DNA of 64,000 nucleotides from a virus: positions 32,001 to 96,000 of the IMG/VR virus record IMGVR_UViG_3300027151_000002; one strand, given 5' to 3'. Position 1 is the first letter of the stretch, and each line of letters starts with the position of its first letter. The translations under genes and the position numbers were made by a program. The notes under the pieces were generated by a model. It saw nothing but the letters and a program-made list of their open reading frames with translations. It ran no database searches and had not been told where the DNA came from. Below are positions 38,940 through 48,606 of the stretch, one piece after another.

Positions 38940-39096
38940 AAACCAACCCTGTCGCCTTGTCTCCCTCTGCGGTCAGTTCCTCACCGTCAATGGCACCTTC
39001 TCCGCAGACCCTGCCAGCGCCCTCACAGCCGAACGCTGGTGGCTTGAACGAGAACAACGACGCATCAACACCCTCTCCATCATCATCCGCGCCTAG
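38920..39096 (+). CDS. small hypothetical protein
   Basis: MTTKRPENQPCRLVSLCGQFL... Confidence 0.4.
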   Translation: MTTKRPENQPCRLVSLCGQFLTVNGTFSADPASALTAERWWLEREQRRINTLSIIIRA

Positions 39097-39520
39097 TGCC
39101 ATCACCTTCAACGTGATCGGCATGGAACCAGCAACCCAAGGCTCTAAAAGCCATGTCGGTAACGGGATCATGCGCGAAACCAATCAGCGCCTCCGTCCCT
39201 GGCGCTCTCTCGTCACCGACGCAGCCCTAGCAACCAATACCCCACTCATCAATCACCCCGTCTCCATCTCAATAACCTTTCGCTTCCTACGCCCCAAAGG
39301 CCACTACAACAAATCCGGCCTATCCCCTAAAGCACCAGCCCACCTAACCTCTCGCCTAAAGGGCGACATCGACAAACTTTCCCGTGCCGTGCTTGATGCC
39401 CTCACTGGCTCACTTCTTCACGACGATTCTCAAGTGGTTCAACTGGCTGCCCACAAGCGCTACTGCACCGCAGAAGAAAAACCTGGTGCCCTCATCACCA
39501 TCATCCCGCTGGCAACCTAA
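38957..39520 (+). CDS. rusA: RusA-like Holliday junction resolvase
   Basis: PATQGSK, F.F.RPK.H, DIDKL.RAVLDALT...DDSQVV...KRY; true start probably downstream (~39040). Confidence 0.8.
   Translation: MSPSAVSSSPSMAPSPQTLPAPSQPNAGGLNENNDASTPSPSSSAPSAITFNVIGMEPATQGSKSHVGNGIMRETNQRLRPWRSLVTDAALATNTPLINHPVSISITFRFLRPKGHYNKSGLSPKAPAHLTSRLKGDIDKLSRAVLDALTGSLLHDDSQVVQLAAHKRYCTAEEKPGALITIIPLAT
39511..39520 (+). promoter_or_regulatory. segment B promoter box GGCAACCTAA
   Basis: 19 nt upstream of ATG 39540. Confidence 0.6.
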
Positions 39521-39539
39521 AGCAGCGGCACCCTGTGCC

Positions 39540-39854
39540 ATGGAACCCTGGTCCATCGTTGCTGAAGATCCCGCAACAGGCGAACCCTTCGGCCTGGTCC
39601 TTCAACACGACGTTGACCCAGAACTCGCTGAACACATCGCACGCAATCTTCTCGCTACCTTCCGCCTCACAGGTGGCTACCTCCCAACCAACGGCCATCG
39701 TTCCCTTAAAGGTCACTACCTCTTCCTCTACTTCGTCGCACCAGAACCCGTCGCACGCTTAGCCACCATCTGGGCACGCTCCTTTCAAGACGCTGAAGAC
39801 AAGCTCAATATCCTCGCCTCAGATGGCACCCTCCTCATGCCCTCCTCCGGTTAA
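39540..39854 (+). CDS. hypothetical protein
   Basis: MEPWSIVAEDPATGEPFGL..., following the promoter box. Confidence 0.55.
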   Translation: MEPWSIVAEDPATGEPFGLVLQHDVDPELAEHIARNLLATFRLTGGYLPTNGHRSLKGHYLFLYFVAPEPVARLATIWARSFQDAEDKLNILASDGTLLMPSSG

Positions 39855-39863
39855 ACTCCGGCC

Positions 39864-41075
39864 ATGGCAAATACAATCTCAGATCTCAAGTTTGACCATA
39901 AGAACGCCCGCAAGCGTACTGATAGTTCCGCACGCCTCATTCAGGAATCCCTGCAGCGCTACGGCGCAGCACGCTCCATCGTCATCGACGAAGAGAACCG
40001 CATCCTTGCGGGCAACGGCACCATCGAAGGTGCCAAGGCACTAGGGCTAACGAAGCTCAAGGTCGTTGAAGCCAGCGGTGACGAGATCATCGCCGTGCGC
40101 CGTAGCGGCCTCTCCGAAGATGAGAAGGTCGGCCTCGCTATCGCTGACAACCGCGCTGCTGAACTCTCGGACTGGGATGCCGAGATGCTGCAACAGCTCA
40201 GCGAAGAGCATGACCTAGAGCCTTGGTTTGAAGCAGAAGACCTAGACGAGCTGCTTAAGGAAGCCGAGCAACTCGATCCAGTCGAAGGCAACACCGACCC
40301 CGATGAGGTGCCTGAGGCACCCGAAGATCCGATCACCAAGCCAGGTGATCTCTGGATTCTCGGCAATCATCGCCTCCTCTGCGGTGACAGCACCAACCCG
40401 CAGCACGTTGAACGCCTGATGGATCAGCAGGAGGCGGACATGCTCTACTGCGATCCTCCTTATGGGATGAACCTCAACACCGACTACAGCCAGATCAAAG
40501 GCTCCGCAAAAAGCCCTAACGCAAAGGGCTACAAATGGAAAGAAGTAATAGGAGATGACAAAGATTTTGATCCATCGGCTCTAATAGCTTTGTTCCAAGA
40601 TGTGCCAGAGCAATTTTGGTGGGGAGCTGATTATTACTTTGAATGCCTGCCTCGCGGTGGCAGCTTGATTGTTTGGCAAAAACGGGACAAGGCTGATGCT
40701 GAGATGATCGGTAACGATTTTGAGATCTGCTGGTCTAAGAAGCGCCATAAGAAAGCAACATTTTGGAAGCGCTGGGTTGGTTTTGACTCTGTAGAACGCG
40801 GAGAGAAGCGCGTCCACCCAACGCAGAAGCCCGTTGACTTGCATTCATGGGTCTTCGATCAATGGGGAAAACAAGGTGACGTTGTAGTAGACCTCTTTGG
40901 AGGCTCAGGCTCCACCCTTATCGCCTGCGAAAAGACCAACCGCCACTGCCGCATAATGGAACTCGACCCCGCCTACTGCGATGTGATCGTCAAGCGCTGG
41001 GAAGACTTCACCGGTAACACCGCCATCTGCCAACCCTCCGCTACCCACTTTGCGGAGCAACAGGAGGCAGCCTGA
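39864..41075 (+). CDS. ParB-like N-terminal domain + N4C/N6A DNA methyltransferase
   Basis: NAR...SL.RYG...AGNG...IADNR; GDLW.LG.HRLLCGDS; DPPYG; HPTQKP; DLFGGSGSTLIACE. Confidence 0.9.
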   Translation: MANTISDLKFDHKNARKRTDSSARLIQESLQRYGAARSIVIDEENRILAGNGTIEGAKALGLTKLKVVEASGDEIIAVRRSGLSEDEKVGLAIADNRAAELSDWDAEMLQQLSEEHDLEPWFEAEDLDELLKEAEQLDPVEGNTDPDEVPEAPEDPITKPGDLWILGNHRLLCGDSTNPQHVERLMDQQEADMLYCDPPYGMNLNTDYSQIKGSAKSPNAKGYKWKEVIGDDKDFDPSALIALFQDVPEQFWWGADYYFECLPRGGSLIVWQKRDKADAEMIGNDFEICWSKKRHKKATFWKRWVGFDSVERGEKRVHPTQKPVDLHSWVFDQWGKQGDVVVDLFGGSGSTLIACEKTNRHCRIMELDPAYCDVIVKRWEDFTGNTAICQPSATHFAEQQEAA

Positions 41076-41398
41076 TGGCAGCCCGCGATTCCTACCAAGG
41101 TCAAGCTATCGAGCGGGCACGCCGCTTCGCTCGCATAATCGCCAATGGCGGCCGTAGGTCGGACTGCCTGCGCTATGCCGAAGAAAACTGGGGGGTCAAG
41201 GCAAGCTCCTGCGATCAATACCTCCGCATGGCCCGCGATCAGCTCAAGGCTGACTGGGACATCGAACGGCCCCAGATGATCGCTGACCTGCTCTCTCAGT
41301 GCTCCACCCTTCAGATGGAAGCCCGCCGCGCTGGGCAGTACCACATCGCTCTAGGTGCCATTAACACCGCAGCCAAGCTCGCTCAGCTCTGCTCGTGA
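41075..41398 (+). CDS. terminase small subunit
   Basis: HTH-like 107-aa ORF coupled directly upstream of TerL. Confidence 0.7.
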   Translation: MAARDSYQGQAIERARRFARIIANGGRRSDCLRYAEENWGVKASSCDQYLRMARDQLKADWDIERPQMIADLLSQCSTLQMEARRAGQYHIALGAINTAAKLAQLCS

Positions 41399-42744
41399 GC
41401 ATCCTTGCTGCTGCACCAACAGGCAACGTCCTTCAGCAGATCGGTCATGGCAACGGCGACCTTGATGTAGCCAACCTCCTCGCTCGCATCACAGCGGACC
41501 TGCACCCCGGTCAGCTCGCCTTTGTCGAAGACCAGACAACCGAGATCCTTGGCATTTCTGCCGGATACGGCGCTGGTAAAACCCGTGCACTAGCCAGCAA
41601 GGCCGTTCACCTCGCCGCCAGCAATCAGGGCTTCATCGGCATCGTCATGGAGCCCACCGGCCCATTGATCCGTGACATCTGGCAGAACGACTTCGACGAC
41701 TTCCTAGAGGCCTACGACATCCCCTACACGTTCCGCGCTTCACCGCTCCCGGAATACGTGCTGCACCTGCCCGGCGGCGACACCAAGATCCTCTGCCGCA
41801 GCTTTGAAAACTGGCAGCGCTGCATCGGCATCAACGCCGCATGGTGCCTCTGCGATGAAATTGATACTGTCCCACCCTCCACGGCCAACAAGGCCTTCCC
41901 CAAGATCCTTGGCCGCCTTCGTGCCGGCAACGTTCGGCAGTTCGGTGCAGCCTCCACACCTGAAGGCTTCCGCTGGATGTGGCAAACCTTCGCCTCAGAA
42001 GAGACCAAGGAACGCGCTGATCGCAAGCTGATCAAGATGCGCACGGCAGACAACCCCTATCTGCCGCCTGACTTCATTGAGCGTCTACAGGCCAACTACG
42101 ACCCGAACCTGCTGCAGGCCTACCTCAACGGTGAGTTTGTCTCGCTCACCACCGGCCAGGTGTACGACCGCTTCAACCGTGAGCTGCACGTTCAGACGGT
42201 TGACTGGGATCCAGAAGAGCCGATCCTGCTCGGCATTGACTTCAATATTGGCAACATGAGTGGCGTCTTAGCCGTGCGCCGTGGCCGTGAGCTGCACGTC
42301 TTTGATGAGATTACCGGTGCCCACGACACCGATGCCCTCGCTCAAGAGGCTCGCCGCCGTTACGGCAAAGCACGCATCCTTGGCTACCCCGATGCTTCCG
42401 GTGCCAACCGCAGCACCAATAGCTCCCGCAGCGACATCGCCATCCTGGAGAGCTACGACATCAGCAACATGGCACCCTCAGCCAACCCACCGGTGCGCGA
42501 CAGGATCGCAGCGGTGCAAGCGTTGCTGGAGAACGGCATGGCCGAGCGCCGTCTGTTCGTCGATAAGCGCTGCAAGAAGCTGATCGAGTGCCTAGAGCTG
42601 CAGAGCTACACAGAGCAAGGTGATCCAGACAAGAGCGCCGGCTATGACCACATGAATGATGCGCTCGGCTACATCGTCCACCGCTGCTTTGAAGTGGGCC
42701 GTGGCCACAGCGGTAAAGCAGTGCGCAATCTGCGCATCTACTGA
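41395..42744 (+). CDS. terL: terminase large subunit
   Basis: Walker A GYGAGKT, Walker B LCDEID, ASTPEG, RNase H-like GIDFN...DH.NDA. Confidence 0.95.
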   Translation: MSILAAAPTGNVLQQIGHGNGDLDVANLLARITADLHPGQLAFVEDQTTEILGISAGYGAGKTRALASKAVHLAASNQGFIGIVMEPTGPLIRDIWQNDFDDFLEAYDIPYTFRASPLPEYVLHLPGGDTKILCRSFENWQRCIGINAAWCLCDEIDTVPPSTANKAFPKILGRLRAGNVRQFGAASTPEGFRWMWQTFASEETKERADRKLIKMRTADNPYLPPDFIERLQANYDPNLLQAYLNGEFVSLTTGQVYDRFNRELHVQTVDWDPEEPILLGIDFNIGNMSGVLAVRRGRELHVFDEITGAHDTDALAQEARRRYGKARILGYPDASGANRSTNSSRSDIAILESYDISNMAPSANPPVRDRIAAVQALLENGMAERRLFVDKRCKKLIECLELQSYTEQGDPDKSAGYDHMNDALGYIVHRCFEVGRGHSGKAVRNLRIY

Positions 42745-42746
42745 TC

Positions 42747-42756
42747 GGAAACCTAG
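42747..42756 (+). promoter_or_regulatory. segment B promoter box GGAAACCTAG
   Basis: Intergenic, 11 nt before the portal GTG. Confidence 0.65.
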
Positions 42757-42767
42757 AAAAAAGGGCT

Positions 42768-44237
42768 GTGCACTTCAATCTCGCTGCCACTGAACTCAAG
42801 CCCGTCCTGTCCATTCAGGATCTCGGCGTTCACGATCCCGGCATCGCCTGGCAGCGGATGCAGCCCCGCTGGGAACTCATCGAAGAGCTGATCGGTGGCA
42901 CGCTGCAGCTGCAAGCCGCAGGCCGTCGCTACCTGCCGCAGGAGCCGAAGGAATCCGACGAGAGCTATCTCGCCCGCCTGCGCCGCAGCGTCTGCCCGCC
43001 GTACTACCAGCGCTTAGAGCAGATGCTGGCCGGCATGATCAGCCGCAAGCCAGTCCGTCTGGACAACGTGCCTGATCAGGTGCAAGAGCACATGATGGAC
43101 GTCGATCTGCAGGGCAACGATCTCAACGTCTACCTGCACAGCCTGGCCCGCACCTGTCTGCGCTACGGGCACGTCGGCGTGCTGGTGGACTTCCCTCGCG
43201 GTGATGAAGGCGACGACACACCGGTTACTGACTTCAACCGTCCCTACTGGGTGAGCTACAGCCCACGGGACATCCTTGGCTGGCGAACTGACGTAGTGGG
43301 CGGCACGCAAAAGCTCACGCAGCTGCGCCTGCTAGAGCGCGTCGTCGTGCCTTACTCGGAATACGGCGAAGAGGTGGTGGAGCAGGTGCGGGTGCTGACG
43401 CCCGGTGCGTTCCAGCTGTTCCGCAAGCAGGCCTCCCGCTCCCGTGATTGGGAACTGGTCAGCGAAGGCCAGACCACGCTCGACGAGATCCCCTTTGCGG
43501 TTGCCTACTCCAACCGCGTGGGCATCCTGGAATCCACCCCGCCGCTGGAAGAGGTCGCACACCTCAACCTGCAGAGCTACCGCGTCAGCTCAGACCTCAG
43601 CAATCAGCTGCACATCGCTGCTGTGCCTCGCTTCCATCTGTACGGCGTGCCAGCCGAACTAGATGAGATCACTGCTGGCCCTGACTCCGCCATGGCTCTA
43701 CCCGTGGATTCACGGGCTGAGTTTGTGGAGCCGCAAGGCACCAGCTACGGCTTCCAGTTCCAGCAGCTGGATCGCATTGAACGCCAGATCAATCAACTTG
43801 GCCTGGCCGCTGTGATGGGTCAAAACATGACCAACCAAGCGGCAGAAGCCAAGGCCATTGACCGCAGCCAAGGTGATGCTGCCCTGATGACCGTGGCGCT
43901 TGGCCTGCAGGATCTGATCGACAACTGCCTGCGCTTCCACAGTGCGTTCCTCGGTCTGCCCAACAGCGGCAGCAGCATGGTCAACAACGACTTCGTGGCC
44001 CGCACGCTGGAGCCTGGTCATGTAGCCGAGCTGATCAAGCTGCGCCTCAACGGTGACATCACGCAGGAAACCCTGCTGATCCAGCTAGCCGATGGTGAGT
44101 GGCTCTACGACGACTTCAATGTCGATCAGGAGATTGAAGCCACCGCAGCGCAACAGCAATCACGGCTTGATGCACAAGCTGCGCAGCTTGATGCAAATCT
44201 GCAACAACTTCCGGGGCAACCTAATCAGCAACCCTGA
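42768..44237 (+). CDS. portal protein (DUF4055-like)
   Basis: YLPQEP.E..Y.ARL, D.QGN.L, YG.VGVLVD, PPL..VA.LN; position after TerL. Confidence 0.85.
   Translation: MHFNLAATELKPVLSIQDLGVHDPGIAWQRMQPRWELIEELIGGTLQLQAAGRRYLPQEPKESDESYLARLRRSVCPPYYQRLEQMLAGMISRKPVRLDNVPDQVQEHMMDVDLQGNDLNVYLHSLARTCLRYGHVGVLVDFPRGDEGDDTPVTDFNRPYWVSYSPRDILGWRTDVVGGTQKLTQLRLLERVVVPYSEYGEEVVEQVRVLTPGAFQLFRKQASRSRDWELVSEGQTTLDEIPFAVAYSNRVGILESTPPLEEVAHLNLQSYRVSSDLSNQLHIAAVPRFHLYGVPAELDEITAGPDSAMALPVDSRAEFVEPQGTSYGFQFQQLDRIERQINQLGLAAVMGQNMTNQAAEAKAIDRSQGDAALMTVALGLQDLIDNCLRFHSAFLGLPNSGSSMVNNDFVARTLEPGHVAELIKLRLNGDITQETLLIQLADGEWLYDDFNVDQEIEATAAQQQSRLDAQAAQLDANLQQLPGQPNQQP
44215..44224 (+). promoter_or_regulatory. segment B promoter box GGCAACCTAA
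   Basis: 27 nt upstream of the scaffold ATG. Confidence 0.6.
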
Positions 44238-44251
44238 GCCTGTGGCTCTAC

Positions 44252-44935
44252 ATGCCCGACAACGACACCGCTCCTGTGGAGCAGTCTGCAAACAACGCTG
44301 ATCTGCAAGCCCTGCAAGCAGAACTCGATGCCATGCGCCGCAAGAATGCGGAGCTGCTGGACGAGAAGAAGAAGCTGGCCAAGAAGCTGCCTGAAGTGCC
44401 CGATGGCGTTGATGTCCAGGAACTGCTGGACTTCAAGCGCAAGGTGGAGCAGCAGCAGCTGGAATCCAAAGGCAAGTACGACGAAGCGCTTAAGACCTAC
44501 GAGCAGCAGTACCGCGAGCGTGAATCGCAGCTGCAGGCTCGTGTCGCTGAGCTAGAGGCCGAAAACCGTGAACTCAAGGTGATCGGTCCTGCCGTCGCTG
44601 CCCTGGCCGACACCGTGCACGATCCAGATGAGGTGATCAGGTTGCGGCTCAAGCCCGATCAGATTGAGCGCGAAGCAGACGGCAGCGTGGTCGTTGTCGA
44701 TGGCTACCAGCGCACACCAATCAGCGACTGGGCACGCACCAGCCTGCCGCAGTACCGCCTCAAGGCACCAAAGCCCGCCGGCACCGGCGCACCGGTTGGC
44801 CGTAGCACCGCTGAACTACCTGCCGGCAGCAAAAACCCCTTCTCGCGTGAGCACTACAACCTCACCGAACAAGCACGGATCTACAAAACAGATCCTGAAC
44901 TCTATGCACGCTTAAAAGCTGCAGCTAGTAAGTAA
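44252..44935 (+). CDS. capsid scaffolding protein
   Basis: Coiled coil, G.GAP linker and KNPF...NLTEQ...DPE C-terminus; directly upstream of MCP. Confidence 0.8.
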   Translation: MPDNDTAPVEQSANNADLQALQAELDAMRRKNAELLDEKKKLAKKLPEVPDGVDVQELLDFKRKVEQQQLESKGKYDEALKTYEQQYRERESQLQARVAELEAENRELKVIGPAVAALADTVHDPDEVIRLRLKPDQIEREADGSVVVVDGYQRTPISDWARTSLPQYRLKAPKPAGTGAPVGRSTAELPAGSKNPFSREHYNLTEQARIYKTDPELYARLKAAASK

Positions 44936-45030
44936 ACGCTTCTGGCATACTTACAAGCAAGAGGGAAGGCTGTGCTGACCCATTGGCCTGTGGCCGCACC
45001 ACAAACCCACTCTCTTTAGGAGCTTGAACC

Positions 45031-46086
45031 ATGGCGGCAACAGTCCGCTCGGATATTGTCATCCCGGAGATTTTTACTCCGTATCTGGAAGAGGCCACCA
45101 CTCTTCGCAATGCCTTTATCGCTTCCGGTGTTGTGCAGCCCCTTGAGGCTCTCAACGCTGTGGCCGATGGCGGCGACTACGTGAATGTGCCCTTTTTCGA
45201 TGCCAACCTCAGCGGCGACGCTGAAGTGCTGGCTGATAACGCCAGTCTGACCCCTGGCAACATCACCGCCGACAAGCAGCGCGGTGTGGTGCTGCACCGT
45301 GGTCGCGCTTGGGGTGTGCGTGAGCTGGCCAAGCTGGCTGCTGGTGCTGACCCCATGGCCGCCATCGGCAACAAGGTCGCTGCCTACATCGCTCACCAAC
45401 AGCAGAAGGATCTGCTGGCCACCCTCGCTGGTGTGTTTGGTGCAGTCGGTAGCAGCAACAGCTCGGCATCCTTTGTCGATCTGACCTTTGATGCCGGCGG
45501 TTCTGGTGAGACCCCTCTCACCCCTCGTCACGTCGCCAAGGCTCGTGCACTGCTGGGTGATCAAGGCGACAAGCTGAGCGCTATCTGCATGCACTCGGCT
45601 GTCTACTACGACCTCGTAGAGCGTCGTGCCATTGACTACGTGACCGCCTCTGAAGCTCGCGCTACCGCTGCTGCTTCTAACGCTGCTACCCCCGATGTGT
45701 TCGCTGGCTCTGTGGCTGGCGCATATACCGCTGACGGCAGCGTGCCCTTTTACATGGGCATGCGCGTGATCGTCTCCGACGATGTGCAGACCAGCGGCTC
45801 TGGCTCCTCGAAGAAATATGCAACTTATTTCTTCACTCCGGGGGCAGTCGGATCGGGCGAAGCCCAGGGCATCAAAACCGAAGTGGACCGCGACATCCTC
45901 GCGCTGGCCGACTACATGGCCGTGTCCTGGCACAACGTGTTCCACCCCATTGGTGCTCAGTACCAGACCGCCGGCGGTGCTAACCCCTCACAGGCAACTC
46001 TGGCCACTGTTGCCAACTGGACCAAGGTGTACGAGACCAAGAACATTGGCATCGTGCGCGGCACTGTCACCAGCAACTTCGACTGA
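45031..46086 (+). CDS. major capsid protein
   Basis: DIVIPEIF.PY, SGVV, RGRAW, G.DPM.AI, ALLGD, MHSAVY, GMRVIVSD, E.DRDIL. Confidence 0.9.
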   Translation: MAATVRSDIVIPEIFTPYLEEATTLRNAFIASGVVQPLEALNAVADGGDYVNVPFFDANLSGDAEVLADNASLTPGNITADKQRGVVLHRGRAWGVRELAKLAAGADPMAAIGNKVAAYIAHQQQKDLLATLAGVFGAVGSSNSSASFVDLTFDAGGSGETPLTPRHVAKARALLGDQGDKLSAICMHSAVYYDLVERRAIDYVTASEARATAAASNAATPDVFAGSVAGAYTADGSVPFYMGMRVIVSDDVQTSGSGSSKKYATYFFTPGAVGSGEAQGIKTEVDRDILALADYMAVSWHNVFHPIGAQYQTAGGANPSQATLATVANWTKVYETKNIGIVRGTVTSNFD

Positions 46087-46097
46087 GGTTGATCTTC

Positions 46098-46256
46098 ATG
46101 GGACTGACCGGGTTCAACCTGGCTCGTCGTGAAGAAGAAGAGGCTGCTGCTTCGGCAGTGGCCTCTGTTTCTACAGAGTCAGAAGTCTGCTCCATGCCTG
46201 AGCAGAAAGAAGCCCCCAAGCGCGGGCGCAAGAAGGCTGAGTCTGTCGAAGACTGA
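46098..46256 (+). CDS. small protein after MCP (52 aa, not in the ORF track)
   Basis: MGLTGFNLARREEEE...PKRGRKK; GAGGT RBS; TGATG coupling to the next ORF. Confidence 0.6.
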   Translation: MGLTGFNLARREEEEAAASAVASVSTESEVCSMPEQKEAPKRGRKKAESVED

Positions 46257-46393
46257 TGGCGGTCAAAGCTAAGGCGGGTGTTACTGCCCGCCTTTTTGGC
46301 AAGGGCAAACCCAAAAAGACCCGGCAAGGGTATGGCCAGCACAGCCGGCCAAACCACGGGCGCAAAAAGCTAAGAGGACAAGGGCGTGGCTGA
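46256..46393 (+). CDS. small basic protein (45 aa, not in the ORF track)
   Basis: MAVKAKAGVTARLFGKGKPKKTRQGYGQHSRPNHGRKKLRGQGRG; homologue at 19067. Confidence 0.7.
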   Translation: MAVKAKAGVTARLFGKGKPKKTRQGYGQHSRPNHGRKKLRGQGRG

Positions 46394-47399
46394 TCTGTCG
46401 CAGCAAGTTGAAGCGTTCCTGCGCAACGCGCTGCGGCAAAAACAGCTGGAAGATCGCCTGATCAGGCAAGCACTACGAGACCTGCGCACCACGCTGACAG
46501 CTGTAGAGCGCGTCGTTGGTCAGTCGGGTGTGCTGAGCTTTGGGCCGGGCCGTGAGCAGACCATCAATGCGGTGGTGGCCGCTGTGGCCCGCAGCGTGCA
46601 GGAGAGCTTCGGTGTGCCGCAACTGGCAGCGCTGCAGGAAGCCCTGCGGCCGTTTGTAGAGCAGCAGCTGAGCTTCGCCCGCCGCATGGTCACCATGGCC
46701 GGCGGTGACCTAATCAATGAAGGTGCAGCGTCAGCATCAACCGTTCAGGTGCAGCGCATCGTTAATGACGCGGTGGTGGCTGGCAAAACGCTGAGCACGC
46801 AGCTCACGCAGAGCCTGCCGGCGTTGGTGGCTGATCGTGTGGAGCGCTTTGCACGCCTTGGCCTCTCGGACATCGGCGGCGAAACCTTCGCCACCTACGA
46901 AAGCGCCGTGGTGCGCATCACCGAAAACAACGTTGAAGCCCTGATCCGCACAGGTGTGCAGGAAGTAGGCAGCGCCGCGCAGCAGGCGATCTATGAGTTT
47001 GAAGCCGATCCTGACTGGATGGGACCGGACGGGCTTGTCTGGACAGCAGTGCTGGATTCTGCCGTTTGCCCAATCTGCTTGAAGCTGGATGGCAAGCGAT
47101 TTCCAGCTACTTACCGGAAGGTATCACCGCATTTTCAGTGTAGATGTGTAATCCTGCCTTGGAAATGGCGCAACGAGACGATGACCGATCCACAGGGCAA
47201 CCCGGTGCAGCCCAATCGCCTGGCTGACGGTGATGGCGCCGAGGGTGCGTTGTCATTCAAAGTGGCTGCCAAGCAGTGGGTCAAAGACAACCCCGAGACT
47301 GCACAGGCCATCTTTGGCAAGAAGCTGGGCCAACGCCTTGTTGACGGTGAGATCAGCTTTGATCGTGCCGTCAAACTCTGGCAATCACCCAAGAAATAA
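46386..47399 (+). CDS. minor head / head morphogenesis protein (Mu gpF, SPP1 gp7 family)
   Basis: W.AVLD..VCPIC..LDG...PHFQCRC. Confidence 0.85.
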   Translation: MADLSQQVEAFLRNALRQKQLEDRLIRQALRDLRTTLTAVERVVGQSGVLSFGPGREQTINAVVAAVARSVQESFGVPQLAALQEALRPFVEQQLSFARRMVTMAGGDLINEGAASASTVQVQRIVNDAVVAGKTLSTQLTQSLPALVADRVERFARLGLSDIGGETFATYESAVVRITENNVEALIRTGVQEVGSAAQQAIYEFEADPDWMGPDGLVWTAVLDSAVCPICLKLDGKRFPATYRKVSPHFQCRCVILPWKWRNETMTDPQGNPVQPNRLADGDGAEGALSFKVAAKQWVKDNPETAQAIFGKKLGQRLVDGEISFDRAVKLWQSPKK

Positions 47400-47402
47400 G
47401 CG

Positions 47403-47412
47403 GGCAACCTAG
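47403..47412 (+). promoter_or_regulatory. segment B promoter box GGCAACCTAG
   Basis: Intergenic, 18 nt before ATG 47431. Confidence 0.65.
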
Positions 47413-47430
47413 CGGCAAGGGTGTGCCGCT

Positions 47431-47988
47431 ATGACCGTCACTGTCGTTGCTACTGCTGGCGCTGCTGATGCCAACAGCTATCTGACAGTGGCTGCTGCAG
47501 ATGATTTGGCCAACCTGTACCTCGGCACTCTCAACTGGTCATCGGCCAGCACCGATAACAAAGGCCGTGCGCTGATCATGGCCACGCGCTACCTCGATGA
47601 GCTGAGCTACATCGGTGAGCGTGCTGCCAGCACACAAGCGCTGCTCTGGCCCCGCACGGACGCCGAGTGTGGCGACTGGTCTTACAGCAGCACCGAGATC
47701 CCCAAGCCGATCAAGCAGGCCACCTTTGACCTGGCCGAATACCTGCTCGGTGATGGCAATGCCCTGTCAACTGGCGGTGCCGGCAGTAGCGAACTGATCA
47801 GCGGCATCCCCAACGCCAACCTCAAGCGTGCCCAGATTGATGTGATCAGCGTGGAGTTCAATTCCACCCCACAGGCCGAAAGCAAGAACGCTTTGAATGT
47901 GCTTCCGCACTTGTCTAAAGTGTTGGGATGCTTATGCACCAGCACCGCAGCATCAGCCTTCGGGTCGCGCCTCGTCCTGCGAAGTTAG
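47431..47988 (+). CDS. head-tail adaptor (DnaT-like family)
   Basis: ANSYLTVA.AD, RAL..AT.YLD, QAL.WPR, IP..IK.A..LA. Confidence 0.75.
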   Translation: MTVTVVATAGAADANSYLTVAAADDLANLYLGTLNWSSASTDNKGRALIMATRYLDELSYIGERAASTQALLWPRTDAECGDWSYSSTEIPKPIKQATFDLAEYLLGDGNALSTGGAGSSELISGIPNANLKRAQIDVISVEFNSTPQAESKNALNVLPHLSKVLGCLCTSTAASAFGSRLVLRS

Positions 47989-47993
47989 ACAAG

Positions 47994-48572
47994 ATGCGCG
48001 TTGCTGAAGGCCAGCTTGATTTCTTCAGCACTCCGGCCGCTGCACCGGAGAAAAAGCGCAGCGAAGGACACCTTGCTAAACCACTGACCCGCGAGGAACA
48101 GCGGCGGTTTGGGCGCATGTATGCCGAAAACATCGGCCTGATCAAGATGTTCGGCGGGAAGCTGTGCCGCAAGTACAGCCACTGCATGGCCAAGGAGGAT
48201 ATCTTCTCCTGCTGTGACATTGCCTTCTTGAAGGCGTGCCGTGCTTGGGATCCCGAGAAGGGAAAGCTGAGCACGATCTTCTGGAGCTTTGCCCAAGGTG
48301 AAGTGCTGCACTTTTTGCGGGGCCACAACTGGACGATCAAGGCCACGCACAAGGTCAGGCTGCTGGGCAACAACGCCAGGCGGCTGATGGCGTTGGGCTG
48401 GCAGCCGGCAGCGATCTGCAAGGAGCTGAGCTGCAGCAAGCAAGACCTCAAGGAAGCACTGCTAGCGACAGCAGGCGTGGCCCATGACGTGAAGGGCTTT
48501 GACCTACATGTATGCCCGCGCATGACGCCGTGGGAGGTACTTGAGGCCGAAGAGGAGGCTGCTGCTAGTTAG
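47994..48572 (+). CDS. phage sigma factor (sigma70 regions 2-3, SigF/FliA-like, no region 4)
   Basis: ENIGLI...EDI...AFLKA...WDPEKGKLST...GEVLHFLR...IK; region-3-like AICKELSCS..DL. Confidence 0.8.
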   Translation: MRVAEGQLDFFSTPAAAPEKKRSEGHLAKPLTREEQRRFGRMYAENIGLIKMFGGKLCRKYSHCMAKEDIFSCCDIAFLKACRAWDPEKGKLSTIFWSFAQGEVLHFLRGHNWTIKATHKVRLLGNNARRLMALGWQPAAICKELSCSKQDLKEALLATAGVAHDVKGFDLHVCPRMTPWEVLEAEEEAAAS

Positions 48573-48573
48573 G

Positions 48574-48583
48574 GGCAACCTAA
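48574..48583 (+). promoter_or_regulatory. segment B promoter box GGCAACCTAA
   Basis: Intergenic, 23 nt before the tail tube ATG. Confidence 0.65.
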
Positions 48584-48606
48584 GGCACACGCCACAGGTT
48601 TAAGTC

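Noticed and set aside
44944-44953. GGCATACTTA upstream of MCP as a twelfth promoter box
   Set aside because: Needs a 1-nt insertion and could equally be a CATACT sigma70-type -10; left unassigned
45016-45945. 309-aa minus-strand ORF (also 30750-31562, 56693-57616, 62988-63701, 47915-48523)
   Set aside because: Antisense shadows of well-supported genes, with no recognisable motifs
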